A stretch of DNA of 64,000 nt from Auanema rhodensis. Its lineage: Eukaryota > Animalia > Nematoda. Below the pieces are notes generated by a model. It ran no database searches. It had not been told where the DNA came from and saw only the letters and a program-made list of their open reading frames with translations. Shown here piece by piece: positions 26,603 to 40,165 of this stretch (positions within the stretch are counted from its first letter, which is position 1; each line of letters opens with the position of its first letter). The position numbers were made by a program, and so were the translations under genes. The stretch spans positions 17,360,001 through 17,424,000 of the forward strand of contig OZ059894.1 of the NCBI GenBank assembly GCA_964057225.1, given 5' to 3'.

Positions 26603-29600
26603 ATGCTTGGGCTGAGTAAGAGTGGTTTGAGACGGTGAAATTTTCTCTCAATATGTTTTCACAGTTCTCCTTTTCAGGTTAACACGTCAGAGAAGATTCT
26701 TCGCTGTTGCGACGAATGCTTCAGATTCTGCGGGCTCAGAAAATGTACCCAAAAAGCACCAGAATCACAAATCTTCTATTAATTTATCGGAAGAACATAT
26801 AAGTCTTCAGAACAAATATAGAAAAAGTTTGGTAACGAAAGACTTAAAGACTATTCATGAGCTTATCGATGCGTAAGTGATTACCTATTATTTTTTTTAA
26901 TTGTTTTGCTCTGAAGTGTCGAATGGAAAGATTCTGCTGTCATAGGAACCACTCTTAACTTTTCCATTAGTTTGCTTTCTAGTCCTTCGCAGAACATTGC
27001 TTCTCTTTCTGATAGAGAGTTGGGTGTGGTAATACTGTCTATTGTAGCTGTACATAATTCATGCCCATTAAGATTATTTCTATTTTTGGCGAAAAAGCCG
27101 ATTCAACACCTCCTTCGAAACGATCTGAACATTTAAAAAATGCTATCGATATTTTAAATGAACGAGGTATATTGAAAGAAAATGCCTTTACTATAAAAAA
27201 ACTTTTAGGTGCTGTATTGGGCCCTCTTGCTAAAAATGCTATTCTTCGTGCCAAACTTGATAATGGTGAAACAGTTAATGTGATTGAAACGCTTCAAGAA
27301 TGGGAACAACTCGGCCTCAGTCCAAATGAAGAAACTTATCAAGTTTTAGCACGTTCTTATGCTCTGCAAGGAAATGTGCAAGGCGTGATGTAATTTTATG
27401 ATTTAATGTTGAGCTAACGATATCGTTGAATTGTAGTAATATTATCAACCATGTGAAATCTTCTGGCTTAACTGTTAATGATGTCTTGATTGAAAGTATG
27501 CTGCATGTGGTGGCTAGGACAGGATCATTCGAGCAATCCCGCAAACTTTTAGTGGTGAGTATGGAACATTTTTTAAAATATTACTTAATAGTGATGTATA
27601 GAAGTTTTCCACTCCTGCAAATGATGTCAGACTTCGATGTGCTATTGCCAAGGCAGCATGTGCTCGTGGTGACTACAAGGAAGCAGTTGAAATTGTTACT
27701 GGTATTCCTTCAACTTCCAAGCCAAACATAGTGAATTTCAAGTCTATCGTATTTAGCAATTTTATATCATATTTAGATTGAAAATAACAAGAATATACTT
27801 GAACTGTATTTGGATTTGTTAGAGGCAGATCAAATCTCTTTATCCGAAGAGCTTAAATTATTCCTGACTACCATTCCTGATGGAAGTACACTAACAGAAT
27901 GGCACCAAAACCCTAAAGTTATTGCCAGAATTCGTAAAAGTAGATATGAGGGCAAGATTTTACCTGCTTTGAATATGTACAGCATTGTGCATAGTGCCTA
28001 CCGATCACCAAGAGTTGAGGACTTGCTTCGACAGTCTGCCTCCAGTTATTTCCATGGACCTGGAATAACCATGAAAGACGTAGACTTTATTACAAAACGA
28101 CTTCATGAACAAGGATTAATTGGGTTTTTATCATTTTACAATTCTATAGATATATTGTTTTCATTCTAGTGACGCTGATATATTTTTACTTGATTCGAAC
28201 TTACCAAGTTCTCTATTTATTCAGCATTTTAATAAAATCCGAAATAGTGATAAGATCTATTCTTACTTAGCTACGGAATCAAGCAAACGATACAAATTTG
28301 CTAAAAGACTCTGTCAACCTGTAAGTTTTATGATTGATGAAAAATGTACTGTCTATTTTGCAGTTGGTTGACGAGAACTCTAGCTCTGAGGAACGCGCAT
28401 TGGCTTTAGCTAATGTAGGTATAACCTGCCTCTCACCTTCCAAAGAAATAAACGGTGCCGAGTTTTACAACTTACTTTACAAGCTTGGTGGCCACGGTAG
28501 TGTTCTTTTAAAAACTCTATTGCTATAACTTTTTATTTTTAGATATCAACCTTGTCATCAAAGCTATCCAGAAAGTACCCCAGAACTTCATACGTAAAGA
28601 ATTTGCTACTGCTTTTGTTCAAAAGCTATTATCCGATTCAAGCGATGCCTTAGCAGATGAAAAGCTTAATCAGTTATTGCAAAGGTTTTTACATATAGCT
28701 GTATTCAAAAAATTTAAATGACTTTAAGTGGTGCTGTACGCTCTATAAATGCATCTCGTCTCTTCAAACAACTCGAAAAAAGAGTTTTGAATCGACGTCG
28801 TAATGAAGAAGAAGACCAGCAACAACTAAAAACTGTTGCATCTTTAATCGCTCTTGATTTTCCAGGTTTTTTCATTTTTCATTTAGACTTTACGTTTTTA
28901 ACTGTAATATTCGGAATTATAAGTAGTTACCGAACCTTTTCTATTCGATTACGTGGGTGGAAACTTAATTGCAACCGCTCAAACTGCTAGAAGATTAAAA
29001 ATAATTGTTACACGTATCTATGCAGACTAGAATTTTTTAGACACAAACACATGCATCCCAGCAATTGTTTTTACTTTTTATAATTTCAGAAGGAAGAGCC
29101 AAAGAACTGTATGCTGTCAATCATATTGTGAACTTACTCAAGAATGAATCTGTTGATGACGAAAGAGCTCGTATTCTGATCAGCTTTATGGAAAAAGAGG
29201 TTATATCCTTAAGATTCCAATTCAAACTGTTCGATGTTTCCAGGAAAGAATCGGCATACCATCGGCCTCGTTAGTGGAAGCACAGAAAACACTCCGTGAT
29301 CTTAAGCAAGACGAAAAAGCTAACCTTTTATTCAAATTGAAGAGAAAAAATACAGTAAAATTCTTTTTCTTCTTTTTCTTCGTATATGAATCATTTAGAC
29401 TCATTCGCGGTGGATGGATTCAAGCGTGGAGAAATTAGAGGAAGAGTGGCATAGAATACGGTCTGATCCTAAATTCTCCAAAGATGTTGTCTCTGCTCTT
29501 CATGATGTATTTTTCCGAAAGTTGCATACGGAAAAGGTTACAGCTTTTCCAATAATTCATCTTACACATATTATTCAGCCTGCCAACCACAAAATTATTT

Positions 29601-31107
29601 TGAAATATTTAAATACAGTTAAGAAATTGGAGAAGGGCATTCCTTCATCTACTATTCGTTTATGGCAAATGGGAATGATGTCTTCATTGGAAAAGAAAGA
29701 CATGGATGCTGCTTTTGGCTTATGGGAAATTAGGTTTGTTATTCTTCGTATCAAAATGAAATACATGAGACTCTAGACCAACTAGCCAACCAACTTTGTC
29801 GGATCATGCTCTCTGCTATATTTCGACTTTGTTTGTCAATGGTGATATCGAAAAAGCGAACGTCATTTGTGAGGATCTTCGTGCATCAGCAGCAATTATT
29901 TCTAGTCGCTCACTTGAATCTGTAAGTTTTAAAATAAAAATTTAAAAGTTAAAAAAAAAAAAAAAATTTATAATTTAATCTTTAGGTTAGCAAATTATTA
30001 GATGGTACCCCTGTAGAAAAATTGAATACTTTGACGGAATACCTATCCAACAAATTTGGATTAAAGGCTGCTATTGCCCGTCGCATTGTTTATCATGTGA
30101 AGATCAATGAAATGAATCAGCTAATTGAGAGGTAAATTACTGATCATATGATTTTATACAAATAGTTATATTCTAGTGGCAAGTTAACAGAAGCTTTTGA
30201 TATTGCTTGTGAAGAATCACAGATTACTGGAAGTCCTTTTGGGCATTTTGAGCTTTTTGCTGCTGCATTCAAGAAGTAACGTTTATTCAAAATGTGAATC
30301 CTCATGTTTCCGATTTAGTGGAGATGGAGCTTTAGCCAAAAATGTTCATAATTTGATTAGAAGTTACGTTGGCCAAAATAATGCGACTCTTGATACTGCA
30401 TTGGCTTTCCTATTCGCTGGTCTAAATCAAGAAGCTATGAAGCTTTTCAGTGTAAATACCAACGCTTTCTAAATTTCAGTTTTTTTCTTTGTTTTAGAGT
30501 AAAGGTTTAACAATTACCTCTCGTAAACTTCGTCATTTTGTTAATCAATGTGTGAATGGAAATAAGGTAATTTTAAATTTAGTACCAGCTATTTACAATA
30601 AAACTTCCAGCCTGAGGTTCTTAAAGGTCTTTTTATGGGATTGAGTGAAGGTGAAAGAGCCTCAACTGTAGATTTAAACGATTTACTATTGGCCCTGTGT
30701 AAAATTTACTGTGAGTTGAATTTTTGTTCTTCTATCTTTCGAACCATAAATCATTGTCATGTTTTAGATAAGGCAAATGACTTAAATGCCATTGCTAACT
30801 TAGAGCAGGAAGTAATAAAGCGTTCCTTCCCTGTAGACGAAAAAATTAGAAATGTATTTGAAAGTGTTGAAAAGCAGGTTTGTGGTTTCGGATATTGAAA
30901 ATTTCTGTTTTTCAAACTGTTACAAACTGCTAAGTAACTGGTGAACTTGCTTAATACTTTTGGGTTTCATTTCGGATCAATTGTTCGACAAGCTTTTTTT
31001 TTATACAAAAAAACGTAGTTTATGTTCCAGTTAGTTAACAGTTGTACCAGGAATTTTCTAAAAGGCTATTAATAACTTTTTTTCAGAGGAGGTCATCAAA
31101 GAAATAA
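26603..31107 (+). CDS. LRPPRC-family mitochondrial PPR protein C (full length)
   Basis: Presequence MLGLSKSGLRRLTRQRRFFAVA. PPRs GLSPNEETYQVLARSYALQGNVQGV...LIESMLHVVARTG. C-terminus LDTALAFLFAGLNQEAMKLF...KLRHFVNQCV...LLLALCKIY matches the LRPPRC C-terminal module from recall. Confidence 0.8.
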
Positions 31108-31375
31108 TCATCGTTAGTTGTTTTTGATATTGTATTGTACGAGTTTTGTTTTTTTATTGTTATAAGTGTTAAATTGAGATAAATATTTTATGATTTAGGA
31201 AGCTCTTAGATTGTTGAATAAAATTGTTGTTTTTTGTGCACATATTGTCGGTGCAAGTTTAATAAATATTCTTTAAAAATATTTTGCAATTCAGTTTTTT
31301 TCGTATTCTCTCAATTATAATACCGTAACTTTTTTCGATGTCGCTAAGAATCAATGAAATAAAAATTCAGATCTA

Positions 31376-32866
31376 ATGGTTCTTTTCGGGTGTTCGGTGT
31401 TATTACGGAGATTGGTAATAACTTCATAGATCATATTATTGATATCAGAATAAATTTAGAGTCTTCGTCTTAACCATACAAATGCATTTAATTTTGGAGA
31501 GCTAGTTTTTTTAGCTAGACATGATCTGCCTAAAGCTTTAGAGAAGTTATCAGAAGCGAGGTCGCTATCCTTTTTGCGTTTTCTTAATATGCGCTATAAT
31601 TCAGATTGGATCATGATATCCCAGATTGGGGAATGATTAAAATAGCCAGTCAAGGATTATCAACAACTCTTAAAATTGAGGAAGTTAATAAGCTTCTCCA
31701 ATCGCATTATAACGATACAGGGGCAGGGAATAGGCTCGGTCAGATTTCTCTTATTCACTCGTAGATAAATCTGTATTCTAGCTAGGAAAGCCAATGTAAC
31801 AGAAGATCAAGTCATTGCGGCTTTGAATCGTATTTTACAATCTCAAAATGGCCTAGAAAAGTCTATAAAATTTTATAAAATGCTCATTGATCTCAAGTTT
31901 TGCACAAATAAGGACAGGTTTATTTTACCAATTGTAGCATGTGCGTTAGAAAAGTAGGCTAAATTGCACTTTTGTTCTTGATTAGACTTGTGTTCTTTCA
32001 GAAATGGTCTGAATGAGACAGTTCATATTTTGAACGAACTTTTAGAGTTTGGTAGAGTGAAGTCATTGGCTATAACACTATGCACATTACAAAGAAGTTC
32101 ATATAGTACATCTAATGAAAATGATAAAACAAAAGGTTTACTCTTGTTTATATAATTTATTACTAATTATATCAAAAATAGTTTTTGATTTTATAACTAA
32201 ATATGCGAAGTCTTCAAAAGATTGGGTTGTTGGATTTGTTATGTTTGAAAATGGTCACGGCGTGAGATGGGCTGAAGATATCTATGTTAGTTATTATAAC
32301 AAAGATTTGCTTTTTCAAAACAGTTTTTCATTTTCATTTTGCAAAATTTGTAGAGCCGAAAGATCAATTTAACAGCTGAAGGTGTTCGATACATGTGCAT
32401 GCTGGCAAAGAGACTGAAATCAGTAAGTGCCAAGCTGTCAGATTTGATCTAATTTATTGAAATGCTGACGTTTTAACATCTTAATGTTTCAGACCGAGGC
32501 ATTGAATGAAATGTTGAAGTTATCGTCATTGCTGAAATTGGATACTTCCGCCAAAGTTCAAATTTATGAACATCTCATTCAGATATACGGCAATTTGAAA
32601 TTAGTTTATTCTTAAGCATTCTTTGAAACATTTTACAGGAAAGCGAGCTGAATTAAATGATTTAGAACGTATTGGTGAACAAATTGCATTAGAGGAAAAC
32701 AGAGAAGAATATACTAAATCTCTTTATCAAATTAAGCATTTTTACAAGTAAGAGTTCATGTCTTTGTTCGTATGAGATGACTCAAGTTGTACTTATTCTT
32801 GACCTTTCCAGATGTGCCGATAGACAACCGAGTGAAAAACTTTTAAAGATTATTCGAGATATCTGA
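31376..32866 (+). CDS. LRPPRC-family protein D (short, C-terminal module only)
   Basis: Presequence MVLFGCSVLLRRLSLRLN. KFYKMLIDLKFC...FILPIVACALEKNGLNETV...LTAEGVRYMC...EALNEML...IYEHLIQIYGK aligns by eye with the C-termini of genes A-C. Confidence 0.65.
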
Positions 32867-33560
32867 TATAAAATTTGTGATATTTCCTGTGATAATTAAT
32901 CATGAAAAATGTTTGAGAACTTTGAATTAGGTTGAAAAATGACCTCGCAAATGTGAAAAACTAGGAGTCAAAGCAATGTGACTTGAAGTATCTTTATCTT
33001 CTGCACTTTATACGAATTGACTACAGTTAATGACCAATGAAATGATCTATGAACAACCATTTATCAGAATGACAAATTCAGGAAAAGCCATAAACAGTAA
33101 CATCTGGATTCTACGACAAAAAGTATTATGCAGACAAAGTAGCAAATGTAATCGCATGAGTTCACACTCTTTATCTTCCTATACATGTAAAAAGTCCTTC
33201 AGAAAAACTGTCCTTTGTGAACCATTAGAACACCCACTCCACCTACAAGAACGGAGGAAGTAAGGAGTGGAGTCGTTTGCGTCGACTAGGTCATATGCTC
33301 CACGCTTCGTATAGATGCAACCCAGTTGAACTAACTTGACCACAATTTTTGGTAAAGATGTTCGTTCTGAGAAATAACAAGTGAAAACTCTCTCAAGTCG
33401 ACCTTATCTCTAATACTGTCTGCGAGACCGCGCCCGATTATTAGAAATCAGACCAGTGCGAGCAATTCTGTAGCGCCAACGTCGTCTGCACTTTCTGTAT
33501 TACCGCCCCTCTTTCCGGTCTCGTGGTGTGCAACCCTGGACGGCAGTTATTCCCATTGAA

Positions 33561-33593
33561 CCCCCCCCCCCTTGTCCTGATACCTATATAAAG
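33561..33593 (+). promoter_or_regulatory. C11 tract and TATA box of the astacin gene
   Basis: C11 at 33561-33571 and CCTATATAAAG at about 33583, roughly 150 nt upstream of the ATG at 33740. Confidence 0.6.
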
Positions 33594-33739
33594 AGCGACC
33601 AGACCCTAAGCTAGACACATCAGTCCTTTCTCCACTCCAGTCCTATCTCGGCTTTCCGAACGGAAGTCGACGAATCAAAGTTATCTCTGGAACATTCCTA
33701 TCTCTTATACTAGAGTTTTAAACTCTCCGTTCAAGAAAC

Positions 33740-35869
33740 ATGCAGCTTTCTCGATTTAGTCTTGCTGTTCTATTTGTATTATTGGTAAGTTAGAAAAGAA
33801 TATTCCTTTAACCAGTCTTCAAGCTTGATACTTCTATCTGAAATAAAGGACTTTATTCATTTCATTTCTTTTCAGGGCATCAACTATGTCCAAGCTGATG
33901 ATAACACTTCGATCAGATCGAAACGTTTGGCTATTCATCCTTCTAGATGGAATATGAAGTTAGTTCTCTTATCATATCTCTCATTTTCTATTTTCTTTGC
34001 AAAAAATAGTTTTTTTTTAATTTTGCAATTTCAGTTTGTGGCCCAGTGGTGAAGTACCATACGATATTGCACCTCATTACACCTTGAGAGAACGTGAAGT
34101 TATCTTATCTGCTATGGCTGAATTTCACAAAGTCACTTGCATCCGATTCCGTCCTCGTAATGCAAACGATCGTTTCTATCTTCAAGTCAATAAATACTAT
34201 AATTTGGAAAGGTATATCACACACAGCTGTTTCAGTTTTTTCCAATCTAATATTTTATCTTCAGATGCTTCTCCTACATCGGACGTCAAACCGGCTTCAT
34301 GTTCCGTACTAGAGAAGGAAACTATGAAACCAGGTGAGCATTTGAAGGTCTTGAATGGAAATATATATAAAAATGCTGTATATTGACAAATGTTTGTTTC
34401 AGAATGAAATTGGACCCTACCTGCTTACTATACAATGGACGCGGTACTGTTATGCACGAGCTTATGCACATTCTCGGATTCTATCACGAACATCAAAGGT
34501 TGGTAATCAATCATTTTTGATGTTCATGTACAACATTTGTACCCTCTCCACAATTATCAGTCCTAAATTGCCAGGTTTGGCATATATTTTCGGCAATTAG
34601 TTTGAACTTGTTGAAAGTTTTGCAAAAGTCTACCAAAGTGCAAGTAATGCAGAAATTACACTATATTTCCAAAATTCAGTATTATCTAACCAAGGGATTC
34701 AACTAAAAATATAATACGAATTTGACCATTTATTTTGTTTTCTTCAGAGACGATCGTGATCCCAGAGTAGGCCGCTTGAGCAACCACTACAACTACAAGA
34801 TCTATCCCAGATAGTACGTTTTCAGTAAAAAAATAGTATATACTAATTTTGACCATCTTTAGCTCCTCTTACTACATGGGAGCCTATGATCCAACTTCAA
34901 TCATGCACTACAACTTCCCTGGAATTGTATATCCAAGAACTTACTTCTCACCATCTGATATCAACAGAATCAACAGCCTCTACAAATGCAAGGTAAATAC
35001 ATAAGTAACATATTTTTAAAAGAAAAACTATTGGCCACACATTACGGAGTAGCACTTTACTTTTGTTTTTCTAATCCCCAAAGAAGTCTTCATCTTACTA
35101 GGTTTCCTTGATATCTGAAGCATAATAGCGAGGACAAAAGAATGATAGATGGAGGGACAAAAAAAGAAAGAGAGAGTGAGAGGAGAATTCAATTGAAAGA
35201 TTTTTCTTATCATCCCTTTCGTAGTATTTTTCTTCTATGAAACTTTAATTCTGAAAATACGTGCTTTGACCAATCTTCTCTCTTTATTTTGCACTTCATT
35301 TCCTGAAAATGGCCTATAACTATTGACGGGGGCCCACGATACAGCCTACGTAATCAGTTTCTTCCCGTACCCACTTGTCGATTTCGTTTTTAGAACTCTT
35401 TCTCTCGCAATACTCATGTTCAATATCTCCCAGACATATATGCTGTCTCTTACGGGTCTGTCTGGTGCAAAACTTGTTTTTTCTTGCGACCCTTTCCTCT
35501 ACCGATGTAGTGTGACGTACCGACGTCAGTAGAGACCTGCACTTCGTTACCCCCCTGTCGTCAGGGTCATTTAATTCCAGTTCTTTTCCGGATACTGGTT
35601 GGATCCCACCTGAAATAGGATTGTTCAATCCTCAAGGCCACACCTCTGTTCCATTTTCGATTTTAACAATAACGAGCACATAAATTTCCATAACAAAACT
35701 ATCTATGCACACACCTACTCACGATTTACAAGCATTTTAAACTTTTAGTTTTTAGAGCAACCTCGTTACCAAGCCAGTCGATCCTACGTTCGAAGAAGTC
35801 CGGTCTTCAGAGGATGAAGCTGTTTCCGATCCCAGCATCAACAACGAACTACGCAGGAAAAGAGTTTGA
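33740..35869 (+). CDS. nas-3: Astacin zinc metalloprotease (catalytic domain only)
   Basis: Signal peptide, RSKR furin site, [60 protein letters not shown] Met-turn, INSLYKC. Closely resembles NAS-3 as recalled. Confidence 0.88.
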
Positions 35870-36622
35870 AGACACTACTGCTTCAAGTCTTATTGTTTTC
35901 TAGCTCCAACTTGACGCACAATGTTGTTTGTTGTTGTTGTTGTTTCATTATTTATGGACGCTGTTTTAACACTAATTATTATTTAATTTATATATATATA
36001 TAGCATAATTCTGATTCTAGGCCAAAATATTTCTATGGTCAATTGTATGCACTGCTAATAGTTTTGGTTCTAAGTTCCTTATTTGATATTGATCTCTTTT
36101 CTTAAGTATCAATTGTGTATTGTAGCCATTCTTTCTTTTCTATGTACAGATTATATGAACAAAATTGTTCCAAAATAAAATATTAAAACCAATACAAAAT
36201 GTTTTGATTTTTAATAATTTTAGGTGAAATATTTTTTTCTGGGAATTATACGATGAATGCTTGATCATATTTTCGAATCTATTTCTGAAAAAAAAGAAAA
36301 AAGAGAAAAACTGATAAAGAGAAAAAGCAACAACTAAAAATTTCTACTCTTAGTACAGCATGTACTTAGAAACTCTTTACTGTAGTTTCTATATGTGAAT
36401 TGTTCATTTCAGATTTCGGTGGATCATAATTGCTTGACGATGGCTTGGCCTCATTGTAATAACTGGGCAACTTTCGCCTCCCCCACTCAGGTTTCCACTT
36501 GTACTCCATCCATTTTTATAGAACTTGAGTATATCTTAGTCTGTATTCGGAATTATTCTCACTCAACGTACCTCTTAGTTATTTGTGCCATTACAGCTTC
36601 ATTTTCATGGTCATAAAGTATC

Positions 36623-37604
36623 ATGGTATTTTATTTTCACATATTAATCAGATGAAAAATATTTATTTCAGATTTTTAGACAGACATTCTTTATTATTGT
36701 TGTATTACATGCACATGTAACCTCTTTCTTTATCGGCGGCGGCGGTGGATGTGGAGGAGGATGTGCTCCTTTCCGGCCACCGCCATGCCAATGCCCGAGT
36801 CTTCCACCAGTCCACTGTCCCTTTTCACTTCCACCACCCCCATTTCCACCTTCACAACCCTGTGGTTGTACTCGTCCGGTGAGCTTCAAACTTAAATTAT
36901 ACTGTTTTTGAGTTTGTAAGTTTGAACTATTTAGCCGGTAATTCTTCCGCCACATGCACCATGTGGTGTTTCGAATTCATATGCAAAACCAACCTCATAT
37001 GGCGCTAGTATGATATTCAGTTGGTAATTATTATAATTATGCTATCTGCAGGCTATCCAGTAGCTCGAAACGATAAAGTTCCTGAATTTGTTCCAATACC
37101 AAAAGCAAGTTATCGAGAACCATGTAGGATTTTATTTGTCTGATCAATGTCTAAATTTTCTGGTTCAGATAATGATAGCTATAAAACAAAACCTAAATCG
37201 AGTACATCATACGATACTGCAGAGGTATAGTCAAAAAAAGAAACTCGATCAGAAAATTACTTCATTTTAAGGAATATTTATCGAAAGGAAGTTACAGACG
37301 AGCTTTAGCTTCTCAATCTATTGATACTAAATGCTCCAGTGAAATTTTGAAATCAATTATGAAGGAAGTAAGGATCAGATGATTTTTTTAGTTTTCAAAA
37401 TATTTTAAATATTCATTTTTTCAGCAAATTTCATCAGATTCTCTAACACGTTCAAAAAAACAAATCGCCGATGAAGCTAAGTCTGTTTTTGGATATAATT
37501 TCGATGTTATATGCAGTTCATCACATTTCACTTATCTTATTGCAAGTAGTTTATATTGTGAACTAAAAGTACAGGGAGTAATTTGTTTAGCTTATCAGCA
37601 TTGA
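36623..37604 (+). CDS. Ground-like (hedgehog-related, grl family) secreted protein
   Basis: M|IFRQTFFIIVVLHAHVTSFFIGGGGGCGGGC, Pro/Cys-rich segment, ground-like domain KCSSEILKSIMKE...SKKQI...FDVICSSSHFTY...YCEL...CLAYQH*. Confidence 0.88.
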
Positions 37605-40165
37605 TAACTTATAAATTGACTTATTACTTATGTTTATATGTATATATAGTATATAGTATATATATATATATATATATTATAATATTCATGCAGCTGTGTC
37701 TACGTGTATGATGTCAAAATCTTAAATGCATATGTATAAATAGGAAATAAATTTAAAAATATAGATTAAAAATCAAAACTTGCAGCATATTTAATTTCTT
37801 ATTCTTATAATTTTTCTGTATTTTTTCTTATGATCTACAATTATGTTAAATAACAAAGGAGGAGCTTAAACAATTTTTCAATTTATAAAATATTAAACCG
37901 TATAAACCGAATACTTTAAATTATAAATTAACTTCTACAAATATATTTTTAACTTTAAAACTTTGATAGTTGACGTTCTGAAATATAAAGGAAATGTACA
38001 ACCGTATTGTTCAACCGCAACCCTGTTATATTGAACTTTCAATCTTTACGTGATAATTGCACGTAAAATATAGCATTCAAATTAGTTTAATTGGTTGATA
38101 CATTATTCTAAACAATTAAATTTTGCAAAACATTGTTTCATTCAGATGAAAGAATATTTTAAAATTATTTCTTCTACATTTATACAAAGTATTCCATGAT
38201 ATGAATACAAAAATCATTCTTTAAGCAATCATTTACGTATATGTATGTATAAATAGGTATTAAAGGAGATAATTTGTTGAACATAGAACATACTACAATA
38301 ACTTTTTTTCTCTTTAACTTATTGTCAATGAAGAAGAGAGTACTTAGAAGAAAGAATAATCCAAAAGAAGTTTATCGGATCAAAGAGCAATTCGTACAGC
38401 CTTATATAGTTACATGTATTTGATATTGATATTGCTATTCGGAATATCTATTTTTTATTTAAAATTCAGTTATTTTCTATTGTTATAATTAATAAATAGT
38501 TAATGATTTCGTTATGATTTATATAATATTCAATGAACTATCGTCATTTTTTTAACCGGGACCCATAGTTTAACTTAATCTTTGTTGAATATATTAAATA
38601 AAATTAAAATTACTAAGAAGTTTTCTCAGCTTCTCGAAAGTATAACGAATTATGACATTAATGAAAAAGGAACTACCATTAATCAAATTTTTGATTTTTC
38701 AATTTTAATTTTTTCTTTACTCATAATTTTGGAATAAATTTCAAAAAGTTAGACACAAACGTTACGACAAGTCAATTACGACATGTTTGTTGATGGAAAT
38801 TCAATTACAATCCAATCTTTTGGATCTATTTGATAACTTTATTTCATTTATATTCTAAAGCATAATTTGATAGAAAACATTTTCAACATTATTACCTATA
38901 TTAACACTATAAAAGCATATATTCTCAAATTTTGTTCAAAAAAAAGTTATATACTTCCATTACTCGTATCTTTTTTTTTTTCAAAAAAAAAATTATCAAA
39001 AGGCATATCCAACTATGTATTTTCTATTCATTTATTCTTTATGTTGGATTGAATTGAAGGTTGCTTCGATTTAATCCGAAAACAATACCCCCACTATTCC
39101 ATAAAGTATTAGATTTATTACTTTTAATACTATATTCTGTCTCATATAACTATATTTTGGTCGAAACTTTTTTTTTGTTCTATGTTAAAACTCTTTTTTT
39201 TTATATTTGATTGTATTCTTATCAATATTCTTAGTATTTTTAAGTTAAATTATACTATAGTATATTTTTGAAAAATAACTAAGTAACAATAAGCACCTGT
39301 AATATGTTTTTCGCAGATTTTCTCAAATCCGAAAATTTCGTAGGTTTGAGAACAAAATAACTGACCGAAGTTCACATATTCATGTCTTTGTTGATCTAGC
39401 AGAGAAACATCATGTTTTTATTCTATTTGATTGTGTTTTCAATAACAGTAAGTAAATTTTTTTCAAATTTTATCCATTTTTGTAATATAAATTATGCGCA
39501 GTTTTTCAGATTTAAGTGATCACTATTCAAATTTTTTCATTTTTTTTATTCAGTAAAAGCTGAAATAATTTCCTTTTCGGCTTTTGTCTTGTAACTAGCA
39601 TGTATACTTTCCTTTTATTCATTTAGTAAACTAATTTACAGAGATAAATTTTTATATTTATATATTTTTCTCTTACAAAAACATTTTCAAATCATTTTAA
39701 CTTGACTACAATATTACAAATCATGTTGAACTACTTAATATCATTGAAGCTTACTGGCTTGAATGATTTATAGAAATGTCATATTCTCATTAAAATCCTA
39801 CGTAATAGCTGGTCAGAAACTAACAATCAAATATCTCATTCTATTAATTTTTATGTATTTTTGTTCGTTGAATCAAAAAAATGATCACGGAATTATTAAA
39901 TTTGGTGTTCTGTCTACATTTTTCTATGTATGCCTTTGTGATACTTCCTGAATTTAATTTCGATTCGTATAGTTGGTTTCTCATAATATTTTTAAATGCG
40001 AACAGCATGTGTGTTGTTTCAATCTCACTTCTTGTGAAAGTTGTAGCTATTTTTGAATATAGAAACCGTTTTTATAATTATCTTTCACCTTTTTTCAGTT
40101 CACTATCCCTAGCAATCATATTAATTTAAGTTATATTTACTGTTATTATTCAAAACACACATGAA

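Noticed and set aside
35320-35628. Overlapping ORFs in the nas-3 intron
   Set aside because: Non-ATG starts and no recognisable features.
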